Shown in pieces: positions 1-13,300 of a stretch of 64,000 nt of DNA; the stretch's first letter is position 1, and each line of letters starts with the position of its first letter. The position numbers were made by a program, and so were the translations under genes. The notes beneath the pieces are model-generated. The model did not search any database, had not been told where the DNA came from, and saw only the letters and a program-made list of their open reading frames with translations. This stretch comes from Perna viridis (lineage: Eukaryota): the NCBI GenBank assembly GCA_037379345.1, contig CM074511.1:25775171-25839170 (forward strand). Direction: 5' to 3'.

Positions 1-1312
1 ACTGAAGGAAAACAGAACACCTCCATCATCAGACTTGTTGGCAATTTTAGTCAAAAATTCAAAGGTAATGTTAGGACCTACAGTTGTGTATAAGTCAACC
101 TCTCCATATATTATAGATGAAGCAAAGTTCAAGCTGTATCCACCAACATTCTGTGTTTTGTAATAGATAAATGGGTAGTAGATGAACTCATCACAAGGTA
201 CGACAACAAATCTTGACCATTCAAAAGAATATGGCAGAGACATGTTTTTGTTTGGTGAGATGCCGCTGATTTGCAATGTGTATGCCTGGTATGTTGATTG
301 TGGAGTCTGTGTTGGTCCTGTGTATACACATACATTTGGAGAGAAAACTTCTTTGTACAGTAATGATTCGATTTTAAATGTTGAGTTGCTGACTCCTGAA
401 CCTCCGAGTATTCCACTTGTGGTGCTGACATACTGATGACTCAATATAACTTCCATAACAAGGTATTGCCCTTGCAGCCTTACACCAACTTGAGCTTGGT
501 CTTCAATCTTTATCTTCAATTCATCGATGTCAATCCTTTCTAAACTGAAACCCTTGAAGTACAATGGCTCATCAACTGTGGTTTCTTGGTCTTCAATGTA
601 AACAATAGGTTTACTTGTTTTGAGTCTTGGAGTCTTGAATGTGATGGTTGAAAATCCTGCTGAAGTATCCCCAAGTCTCACCGATAAAAATGTGATGCAG
701 GTATGGTTCTGATGACACGCTACTAGTTTTCCCTGAATGGCAATGACATCACTTATGGTAAGCAATGAATACACCGCTGGTTCTCTGACGATAAAGCTCA
801 AACCATCCAAATTTGTCATGTGACCTAATTGACTTGCCAGGGCAATGGACTGATTACCAGCGATGGTGTTTTCTGCTACAGCACAGTCAGGTCCGATCCA
901 GCCATCAGTACAGACAGAACAATCATCTGCACCTTTTCTGTTGAGTGGACAGTCACATGATCCTGTTTGATCACATGTTCCATATCCTGAGCATGGAGAG
1001 GCGGCTCCCCCGGGACATTCTGTGTCACATGTCGTATTCCAATATCCTTTGTTACAAACACATTCAGTGCCTCCATTTTTGGTTCCAAAATAGCAATGTG
1101 GATCACAGTGGTCCCCAAACACTGAGTTAAACGCAGCATCATTTGTCATTTCAGTACATAGTGACAGTCCTGGCCAGATGCTTAATTCAAGGATATATTG
1201 GCAATAGTCTGCATACTCCAAGATGGTATCTTCCAAGTCTTCAGGATCTTGCGCTTGTTCACATTCATACTTGTATTTCTGATTCAAACCACTTCCTGCT
1301 GGTGTACAGGTG
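1..1312 (-). CDS. Exon 42 (runs off the window): C8-like, EGF, VWD6, start of LamG6
   Basis: Acceptor tttcag; 437 stop-free codons read by hand to position 1 (TCTPAGSG...CPGGAASPCSGYGTC...GHMTNLDG...ITFEFLTK); missed by the ORF track because it has no stop. Confidence 0.9.
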
Positions 1313-4300
1313 CTGAAAATATAAGTAGTACAAATTTTAATCTTGTACAAATCCATCCATGCTAAACCCGACAGGGTAGTCAAGGACGTTAAAAAAACCC
1401 TTAGTACAGATTTTACAGGTTATGTACTTAATGTAAACATATGTCAGTCTTATTTGTTGGTTTGTAAGGTTGTTTAGAACTTTGTTTTGATTGCCATGTT
1501 TTCCATCTATAAATATTAAGAGAAAACAATGTAAAGGATCGAATTCTCTTAATTGGTTTTAAACATGTTTTGCCTATTACATTATATTGCTTTTCAATAA
1601 AAAAAATCCTTATCATTATTCTAGTACTCTCTACGTGGGAATTTTGACCTTGCTCCTAATATTATGTTGTCTCATAAAAATCAGTGTATACCGAAATGTT
1701 TTGTTCTTGATTACATAAATACAAATTCGAAAATGTTAATGCAGGTTCAATATCAAATGGTATACAAAATGTACAAAAAAAATCTAAATTATCAATCACT
1801 CATATCATGCAAACGATCAGTTAAATGGATGAGCTATCAATGCTAATGATACACAGATTAATACCAAATTATTTTCATGAGAAGTTTGTAATTTTAGCTG
1901 ACAAATACCGTAACATATAAATTTTTGGGGACATATTCGGGGTATTAATTTTCGCGATTTAAAAAAAATAATTAGCGTTGTATAGTGTTAAAGATTAATG
2001 TTGCAGATACAATTTTTCGCAGTTTTCTGTCCACCGCGAAAAAAGCAAAATTTAGTACGTTTATTGAACAAATTAAATCAACAGCTTTAACGAATGTAAC
2101 AAAGGGGCATCAATATTATGATAATTTTAGATACCTTGCAAAATTGCTCGAGCTGAAGACTTGTTCACAGAATGATGCAGTACTGATGGGTACATAAATG
2201 GTAGCCCTCTTCCTACGTTTTCCGATCTGTGATGAAACGAGTAGATCCGACGGTGGGCTGACATCCACTGGAGACGCAACAAAGGGAATAGGAGCATCTG
2301 ATAGCCTTACAACTCCTCCATTAAATGGACTAACTGGATTCCTTAAAACAATACCACTATTCTCTGCTGTCCATGTACCATCTACAATCATAAACATTTA
2401 AAATTTTATCAAATACATCACTTTTTATTAATATTACTACAACATTAAAAATATATGATAAATTTCAGAACTGAACTTTAACTTGATGTTAGATTAATAT
2501 GACTATTACAACATATCATCAAGATCTTAGCATTCACTAGAGTCAAAAAACCAAAGAAAAGAACATAAAATATAATTATTGGTTAAGAACTTAAAATAAA
2601 TAACTTAATTCTTCAAAGGCAAAGAATTAAGTATATTTAGAGGAAGATAAATCTGCATTTTGAAAGAGAAATCACAAGAAAACCAGTAATAAAAAAGGAC
2701 CTAATCCTGGGGTAACTACTAGACAACGAAAACTGATGTACACAACAAAAATGAACATGAGCTGAAATATCCGTTTTGTTTGTTTTGATACTCATGTTAA
2801 GTAGCACTCCAGCTAAGAATCATGCAAAATGTGATTCATGGGTAAAAAGCCTATATATTTTTATTTTTGATATTTTGTTAGAATTTCCGTATACGTAGTA
2901 AACAGAAATTCACATTCAGTTTTTCATACATCCCGTGTTCTTAGGAGATACAAAATTATATAGAATGCACTGTAGATTTCAAAATTAAGGGAGATAAATG
3001 ACACTCAAATACAATAGAATCTACTGTATGTTCAATGTCGATTATCTCCTAAGAGTAGGCAGATTTGAATGAATAATTACATATTTCATAGTATAGACCC
3101 ATAAAACAACTTAATTACAAAAATAAAAATGTGTAGCCTTTTTTTAGGGTGCATCGCATTTTTCAGATTTTGCATGATTCTTACAAAGACAGCTACTTAA
3201 GTTCAAATGAAATACCTAATTCCTCATTGAAGGTCCAGAGAGAGGACAACCCTTCATCATCAAGAGTGTAGGTTCTATTCCAATGGTTTTTTATCTCCAT
3301 TAAACCGAGGTACCTAAACAAAATATTACATAATTTCAGTAAGGAAAGTTTGTTTCATTGACAAGCATTTAAAAGTTATCAGATTACAAAACTTCCAAGT
3401 TAAAATATAAATTCTATAACAATAAATAAAAATGAATATAAAGTAATATGCTTATTTGGTATGATTAATTCCTTAACACCTTTATATTTTAAAAGCGGCA
3501 TATATAATACGTACCTTATTGATGTCATGTGTCCCTAATTTATTTGATAAGCAATATTAACCATATATAGAGCTCACCTGTTCCAAATTCTGAGTTCATC
3601 GATACATCCTTCAAATCCTTCATTCAATGGTTGATCTCCAGACCCATCTGGTGGTGGCTGCCATTTGCCTAACGCCAATCGTCCTTTACCACTGAATGGA
3701 TGCGTACCATCAAGCTCTACCAGCTCTCGCCTGTACGTTCCAGAGTTATTAAAGACATAAACATCAAGATAGGTGCCTCCATCATAGATCAAACCTACTT
3801 GACTCCACTTATCGTTTTCCAGAATTAGACCGAGGTTGAAGGTTAACTCTCCATAGGTTATGACAAGCTTTCCATTCATGTTCTTCACGGCAAATGTCTT
3901 CACACTAGTATATGACAATATGGTACCAAGACAACTGTCTTCATGGCAAGTCTTGACGAAAAACTCTATTGAAACATAATCGCTGTTGAAAATTTGTACT
4001 TGTTCAGTGATCATAGATGCATCATCATTGCAAACAGCATTACCCGGTCCTATCCCTGCTACAGATGTTTCATCTACCCCAGATTCTTCCAAAATAGAAC
4101 TTCCAGGGGGCAGAGTGTTAGGATTGAATATATTTGTCACAGTGTCGGAGGCTTCAGTTGTAGTAGCAAATGTTTTTAAACCTGTCGAATCGATGCTACT
4201 ATCATTCAAATAATTCATTGTTGTAGTTGGTGTCATTATTGTAGTTGGTGCCATTGTTGTACTGGTGGTTGTTAGATCCATTGAACAAGGCATTGTAGGA

Positions 4301-7300
4301 GTATAAGAAGAGCAGTCTTTACATCCTCCACATATTCCTCGGATAGGAGGAGAACTGCAACAAAAATCAGTTCCAATTTTAACTCTTACGACTGCTATAA
4401 ACTTATCAAAGCGCACGTGTCGCCTAATTCGAACAACAAATCCTAATTCGTTCATGATGTATCTTGTAACTCTCTCCGATGGTCTGTGGAGTTTAATTTT
4501 GCATCCACCTTCAACCTCTATTCTCTTACGTCTTTCTAGAGTAACTTGGACCTCTTTGCCATCAACCCAGATGGTGTCATTATGAGAGAGGTAGGTAACA
4601 GTTGTCTTGTGTATCTTGATAGACACAGCATCCATGCATACACTCTGTCTTTTTCGCCATTTACAAGATACTTGTCTTACCTTCAAAGAAGAATATGAAC
4701 ATGTCACAAGGCAGGCATTTTAACACAAAAAACGTAATTTCATCTTAGTTGTTAAGTGTCAGTTCCTGTAAGAATCAGGCAGTCAGTGAAACATGGTATG
4801 AAAAATCCCATCATTTTTTAATTTGACTATTTGCACCATCAGAATCAAGAAAACAGACAAGATTTTCCATATCATGTTGGGCCATTGACTTACAATTTCA
4901 TTTAAATGCACTGAAAATGAACATTTCAACAGCAGATAACTCTGTCCAATACCTAATTTTTCTAAAATTCTACTGAAAAGCCAATGATGCAGAGATCAAA
5001 TAATGGTCTTTTCTAATAGAGGAAGTATCCTTGAGTGATATTACATTGTCAGATTGGCGGGGCTTTGACATGCATGTTTCTGATTTTTTCCATTTTGCCT
5101 CATTCTTACAAACACTTACACTTAAATGTTATAAATGAAAGTATACTTAACAGGGAAAGAGCCTTTTCTAAAGTGTGATTTAGGTACAATTTATTCGTGA
5201 AAAAGTATTAAAACTATTTTTTGATGTTATTGTCCATGATAGAATTATACAAAAATTTAAAACTTAAGATTTTTAAAAGTTTGTTCTATAATTATTTGCA
5301 TAGTTGAATAACCAAAAGTAAAATATTATATTGCTTTGCAATCTAAATAAGTCCTACCTACCTCTACTTTGAGGTTATTAAGCTCAGTCAGTAAGTAATT
5401 TCCTGGTTCTGCATAGCTAAATCTGTGTCCAGTAAAGTTGCCATAATTCCCATGTTTTCTTGCAAAGCATCCCATTGGTGCATTTGAAGGAAGTTCTGGT
5501 TCTGCTACATTACAATCAGTGCCAATATATCCAGTTGTACATGTTCCACAATTGTCATCTCCATTCCAGTTCTCTAGACATGAACATTTACCAGTATCCC
5601 TCTGACAAGTGCCATGACCGTTGCATGGATTAGATGCTCCACCTGGACAAACCTGGTCGCATTTATCTCCCCAGTAACCACTATAACATTGACAATATGA
5701 TGATTCTAGAATGAATTTTCCAAAAATACATTTAGCAGTGCAGTCTTGTCCTTTCCACACTGGGAATGTTCTGGTTTCGAAGTCATTACAAAGCGACTGA
5801 TATGGTGGTGAGATGTCTTTCTCCACTTCACACATTGATCCAAATGCAATAGTGCTATCCATACTAAAGTCCATTGTTCCTGTGACTGAAATGTCTTCAA
5901 TGCACGCCATGATGTAAAATGATGAACTGACAGCCAGATCGTTGCACTTGCTAGAAATCGCAGAGCTGTTTAGCAGACTCTTGCATTTACTGTTTATTTC
6001 GGGTTCTGGGATACCAATGTTGACATCAATCTTTGGAGTGTTAGTTCTTGTATCAGGAAGATCAGTTGGTATCCATGTGCATCCCTTGTCGGATATTGTC
6101 AGTTTGTAGTTGTTAACTATGTCAGTTGATATTTTGCCGTTACCAACTTCTAAGTTCCAACCAGCTGCTAAGCCTGTTGTTATCTGTAAAATACTGGTTT
6201 TCCAATGGATAAATATTTGTGTTGGAATACAAGGTCTGTTCCATACAAGTACACGATCAATGACACCGATAAATATTCCAGGTGGAATGTCTCCTCCGCC
6301 TACAATTGGCGGCTGCCACTCTCCAACAACAAGAGTTCCTCTCGGTGGAAAAGCACCAATACCAAGATAAACTGATGTGAACTCAGTGATATCATTGCCA
6401 TAAATGTAGTGGAAAGTTATCCAACCAGATAAGCTGTTGTAAACCAGTGTTATTTGCGTCCATTGATTAAGTCGAACTTGAATGCCAGTTGGTACAACAT
6501 ATGATCCTAGAGACACCAAAAACCTTCCGTTTACTATGCAGACAGCAGTAGTGCTTCTCCAGCTGTATGACAAGACTGTGCCACCATCTCCCTTGCCATC
6601 TAGACTAGTAATTTTCAATCTAGTTTCAATTGTAGTTGATTCTCCGAGAAAGCCTTGCTCCCACGGAACTGTCTGAATCCATCCTGTATTGATAGCAACT
6701 CCTGTTGAAGGATTGAAGGTTGTTGCAATCTCGTTAAATATGCTCGATGTATATGTCTTGTGCCATATACTAGCATACTGCAGTATTGATGTTCCTGAAA
6801 TAACATGACTGGCGCAGACACTAGCCAGACCTTCATATCGGATTAAGCATGGATAATCGTTGGAACTGCAAAAATGTGACTTTATAATACACCCACCCAC
6901 AAGTCCTTCTGAGGCAGAACAATAAGCTGTGGTTATAGATAGCCTGATGTTGATGTAATCCTCCTGTACGTATACAATTAACTCAAATCCTGTTTTGTAT
7001 ATTTTGTACACCGAACTGTCTAATGGTCCCATCTGGAAGCTACTTCCAAGGTTGGCCACTGTTTCCAAGGATGTTACCTGACCATCTATTTCTACATGGC
7101 CACCATTGATAGTACTGACTGTAACAATCTTTGAATCTATCTTTAAAGCTACTTCCTTGGCACATGTTTTGAAATATCGACAAGCTCCTGTTAGAATTTG
7201 AAGATTTATATTGCCCATTTGGTAAAATGTATGAATACCATGTTCTGGAAATCTAAAGCTTGCCCCATCTATGGTGGTTATATGCCCATTGCCAGAAAAG

Positions 7301-10300
7301 CCACAGAAATAGTTGGAAATACCTGGTAAAACTGGTTGAACTGTAACTGAACATTCTTCTCCATACCATCCAGGAGCACATGATGTGCAATTCGGAGCCG
7401 CCCAGTTCATTTGACATTTACAATCACCAGTAAACTGGTCACATTCTCCATGCCCGTTGCACATATTGTGAGTACCACCATGACATCTCTTGTTACAGGA
7501 AGGTCCCCAGTATCCTGTTTCACATGTACAAGAGTTTGATCCAATAGATTTATGAAAATCACATCTCTGTGAACAATCATTACCAACCCATCCAGGATAG
7601 ACAAGGGAGGCGAAATCATTACAGTAGTTTTTTCCTGGCCAGGCTGCTGTCCATTTAGATTTTACAAAAAGATCTGCCAGGTTTATGACAATAGTCAGAG
7701 ACATGTCAATTTTACCAGAGCTAGCAATATCACTTGTACACGCAGCAAAGTAGAAGTTCAATGTTCCACAACTTGGTCCTGTAGTTTTTCCAAGAACAGA
7801 TTGGAAAATTAATGTTCTACATTTGGTATCCGCCTCTTGTTGTTTAGATAAGTCAGTATAGGTATGGAAATATGGCACTGTTGGTGAATTAATCTGAAGA
7901 CTTGACACTCGCCATTTTATTTTCTGTCTTAGAACTCCATAATCAACTACTTCAATGTGGTGTTTACCTACCACATCATAGATAAGTGATGATCCATAGT
8001 CATCAAACTTCCAATAGATTGCAAGAGAAGTAGTGGTCGTTTCAACTCGCTTCATCTGGTATTTGAGAACGTCATTGTACGACAAAGCTTTCTGCCACAC
8101 TCGGACTTCGTCAATATCTCCAGTATAATATTTGTGGTATGCTTCATTATCGGATGGAAGAGGGGGCTGCGGTGGTTGACCAAAACCAAAGTAACCATAG
8201 GCCACGAACATGTCCTGATGATTTATGGTAAATGATATGAAGTTAAAGCTTCCAGTTTCTTTGAACAAGTAGAAAACCATTTGTGATGATACGTGGAGCC
8301 ATACAAGAGTTACATGATGCCACTTCTCAAGCGTTGCATTAATCCCTGTGTTATAAATGTTTTGACCGATTTTCAGTTTCAATGTGTTTTCTAAGTAAAC
8401 AATGAAGGACAGTTTTGTATTGTAAGACATTATCACGCCTGTATTATCACCAGGTCTGAAGAAAAACTCAACAGAGAAGTCGTTTCCACTTCGGATAATG
8501 CCTGGAAGAAAATCGGTAGTTAAGACTGAGTCTTGAAAGTAAATGCAAAAGCCTGCTGTAGAGACTTGTCTCATTTCCATCAACTCATTGTTAGTGAACA
8601 TCAATGTAAACAAACTGTCAGGTTCGGTGACAACCCAAGTATTTGAGTATGTGTCTGTGCTGGTTACAGATGGGTCACATGGGCCACAGAGGTAATCCTG
8701 TGTCTTACAGAATGGTGTTTCAGTTAGGACAATTATATTCAGTTGTTGCTGAAGTGATCTGACTGATATTGTTAGGTGGTTGCTAGACTTGGTTGTTATT
8801 TCGAATTCTGATGTGGTTGGATGATACACAACTATGTCTGTCAGATGCCTTTCTAATTCTCCATCAAATGTGAATGACTGTCCGTCAATCCAAATTAAGG
8901 TGTCTTGATTTGAATGATATCGTGCTCTGATAACGACAGTATTTGACTTGTACTTGATAGATACAGCTGCAATGCAAATCGAATCATCATAGCAGTAAGT
9001 ATTTCTGATTTGAACTTCTGGGTATATGCTTGTGTCTGATGATTTGAAGATGTAAAACTCCCCTGTCTGTAAGAAGTTAAACTGTAACTCATTAAATGTC
9101 CGCAAATGACTGTTCCCAAATAGTGCACATGTGTAATTCTGTAAATTTGGGGTACCAGTTGGTGGGATTACATCTGGTATAATGACATCACAGTCATTTC
9201 CTGTCCATGGCTCAAGACATGTCGCACAGTCAGTTGTATTCGAGTATGACGGATAACAATAACATTCCCCAGTGGCTTTCACACAAAGTCCATTATTATT
9301 GCAAGGTGAAATTGTACCACCTGTACAAACGCCACTACAGTCATCGCCCCAGTAACCATGGTTACACTCACAAACCAAATCGTTGTTGATATGTCCATGT
9401 TTACATAAATGTGAACACAGCAGATTAAAGAATGGATTGGTACTGTCGGTACATAGTGATGGTCTAGGTGATATCGGTGGGTTGGCTATTTTTTCACAAT
9501 ATTCTATATATGAGTACACACTAAAAATATATGCTTTCTCACTTGATGATGCAATAATATCTACAACGCACGACTCATAATGGTACTGCAAGACTGCATC
9601 GCCAAGTTGTCCACAGACAGATGACAGAGCAGAGTCAAGCAAGTATTCTTTACATATTTTTTTAGCAGTTGTTGTCAAGGTGTCGTTTGGTTTTGCTTTT
9701 GGTGATTCTCCATCGGTAACTACATCTGACTGCCACCAATATACATCATCGGATGGTAGAATAAGCTGATATTCTCCAATCACATCTCGAGCAACAAAGC
9801 CATGACCTTTGGTGAATATCCATAATGATGTCAAGTCTGTAAATTTCTTCGACAATAATCTTTTAGATGTAAACAGTATCTCATAAACATCTAGGGCAAC
9901 TTTCCATGTTTCAATTTCAGCTATTTTACCATTGAAATGCTTGAATGATATAGGAGCATTGTCCTTCCAGTCACCAATTTTCAGAAAGCCACTGTTCTTG
10001 AGTGCTGTAGTTTGAACTGTCAACTGGTGCCACCATTGCATGCCAGATGATGTAAAAATGTAGATCTTCAAAGTTCTAGTGGCATGAACAAATGACAGAG
10101 AAATTTGGTACCAGATATCAACTTCAGCTGCATAACCAGTATCTATCTTTTCATCACCCCAAAGTACATGTACCGTGCCATTTAAGTAAATGGATACTGA
10201 GGTTCCCTTGTAATATGCCATTATTAACCCTTCGTCTGATGTGGCAGCAAATTTGACTTGTATAGTTGCATCCCCAGATGATCCAAACAGATTTTCAAGC

Positions 10301-13300
10301 TGTGATGTATATGCTCCAGTCCCGTTGAATGCAAGGACATAGGTTTCTCCATTGACACTTTGTGGTTCTTCGATGCCACCAAACACATACTTAAAGCCAG
10401 ACCCGACACTTGAATCAATCCTCCAATAGTCTGCATAGCGTGTGTTGATGATCTCCTTTGTGATGTCAGTCATTGCTACTGTAGATCCTGCTCCTATGGC
10501 AAAGTCATTGTTCTTGTTGCTATCACAAATACCACAGAGACCAGACATACCTGAAGTACATTGTGTTAGTGTTGCATATACTTCAAGAACTGAACTGTGA
10601 TAGACGATTGTAATAACATTAGATCCATATTCTAAGTTGACTGACGTTTCCCCATTTTGGACTACCTTGACAGTTGATGTCAAACTGTGGTTGCTATCCA
10701 GAGTTATTTCTTGGTTGTTGTGAAGCATAAGTACACCACTTTGTCCTGGTACTGCTGATACTATTGTAAAGTTTTCACCCTGAGTATGGATCCAAATTTG
10801 ATTCACACATGATGCTCCATCTTGACCACATGGAATCTGTCTTATGTAGACAGCGACTGTAGTATCTTTGACAAAGACGAACTCTCCATTGGCTGTAAAA
10901 TCGAACGTTTGACCATCAAACAAAGTATAATGGCCGTAGCCAAAGGCTGAACATACTTTAGCTGCAATACCTGATGATGGAATATTTGCTTGACTGACTG
11001 AGCAATCTTTTCCATACCATCCTGTTGCACAATTTTCACAATTACTACCAGTAAAATTTGGTAGACATTCACATGTACCATTAGAGTGGCAGGTTCCTCC
11101 ACCACATGGCAAACCAGCAGAGTATGGACAAATATTTTGACATGAAGTACCCCAAAATCCATCATGACAGTCACAGATTGTGTTCCAATCACCAGAGACA
11201 CAGGATGTAGAGCAGGAATTTCCAGTCCACCTTGGAAACTGTCTAGTTTGGAAAGAATCACACCATGTCCTGGCTGGCCATGTAATAAGTGATCTATCGG
11301 TTGAGCAGTGGTCTGATAATGTGATGATCGGTTCCATCGTCCAATCTTTGTCTGTCATGACATGGCCGTTGAAAACACACTGCTTGTACAAATAAAATTG
11401 AACTTGCGAACCATAACTTGAGCAAGAGTTATTGTATGCTGCAGACATAATTGTTGACAGGCATATGTCCTTTATGTCATTGTTCTTATCACTTATACTT
11501 CTGAAGATGTTGTAAATCTGCTTGTCTAGGGATGTCAAGGTGTAGTCTACCAAGTTCCATTTTGGATGCAGCCAAGGTGTTCCTACCATTGTAATTTTCA
11601 AGCCACCAATAGAGTCAACTAGTTGTCGACCATATCCTAGATTGAAGTTCCAATGGTTTACTAAACCTGTGTATGAATTTGTCAAATGAATGAAGGCATA
11701 AGTCCTTATTTGGTTTAATGTCAGCTGTTTCTTCCAGATTCTGAAGTCATCAAAAGTCCCAATAAAACCCCAATTCACTCCATCTCTTTCACTTAGTGGA
11801 TAATTCCACTGACCAATCATAAATGTTCCTCCAGGTATAAATGGATTGGGGTCTGAAGCTGGAAAAACATGGACATCAGTGTTGATTTGTAAACTTTCCT
11901 GAATAAGATAAAGGTTGATAATTCTAGTGTCTAGTCTCCATACAAAGGCAAAGTGGTACCATGTGTCTTTTTCAACTGTTAAAGATGCAAATGATATTTT
12001 CTTGTCCTGGTAATAGAGTGTCATTTTGCTGTCACAGATCACAGTTGTAAAAACAAGGTTGTCTTTTTTATATGACCAGATTGTATAGCATCCTGGGCTT
12101 ACAACTGATGATTTGAACTTTAGTTCTACTGTGGTGACAAATTCAGTGAATGTTGATATCGGTTCTGTGAGGCAATTTGAACCATTAGTAAAGAGACCAA
12201 AACCTCCACTGTTTTCGATAGATACTAGTCCATGAAATATTGAGTTTGACTCTAAAACAAGCCAGGACTGACCAAAGATATCATGAATAGAGTCTGTGTT
12301 CAGTGTTACAGTACTATTTAGAACTACACCCGTCTCTGTCTTGAAATCATCTTCATGGTTCAGATTACAACTGCTGAGTAAACCTGTTGTAGTACCACAG
12401 AAAGTTGAAACGGATCCAATATACACATCGAGGTGGTTCTCAAACAGATAGATATCCACTGTCAGATCACTTCCTACTATTTGGTAATGGTAACTGGAGA
12501 CTTGTTTACATGTGACTCCAGAAACAGTGAATCCTGACCCAATTACAATCTTGTTTCCATCATACCAGGTAGAGACCACTTCATCTAACACAGATATCAC
12601 TAGCTTGTGACTGTCAATCTGTATACCAACAGCTGCAGTTCCAACACTGGCGTAGTATTGTGACATGAGAACCTGAAGTATGTGGATTTTGATCTGAATT
12701 CCAGATAGCAGCTGGCCTGATACCAGCAAGTGTTCTCCAGGATAGTGATAGTTGTACGCAGCACCATCAAAAGTAATGAAGTGACCACTGTGGTAGCATT
12801 TTCCTTGGAACTTGTCTCCAGCTTTATTGTCATTGTTTACATGAACCACTGAGCAATCTTTTCCGAACCACCCCGCCTTACATTGCTCACAATTAGTTAT
12901 TACTTCTGGACCAGCATAACAGGAGCAGGTACCAGCAGCAGGATCACAGATTCCATTGCCATAGCAAGCATTGTTAGCCCCACCTGGACATGTGTTCTGG
13001 CATTCTGATCCCCAGTATCCTTCCTTGCACTTACAGTAACCAGTCTGGTCATTCAAAACAGGCTGAAAATAAAATTGATCTTTCTCATCATACTGTATAT
13101 GGGAATTTAAGTAGAGAATAACATACTTGCAATTTTTTTCCATTCAAATAAGTTTTGGTACTAACAGCATATGACCTTCAGCCCCCCCAAAAAACCTGTT
13201 TTGTTTTATAAAATTGTTCTGTTTTGTTTTGCATTATAAATCTCTTCTTGTTCAAAATCCTCTAAGTAAACCTACTTAATATTACTGGCATGCAGGGGCG

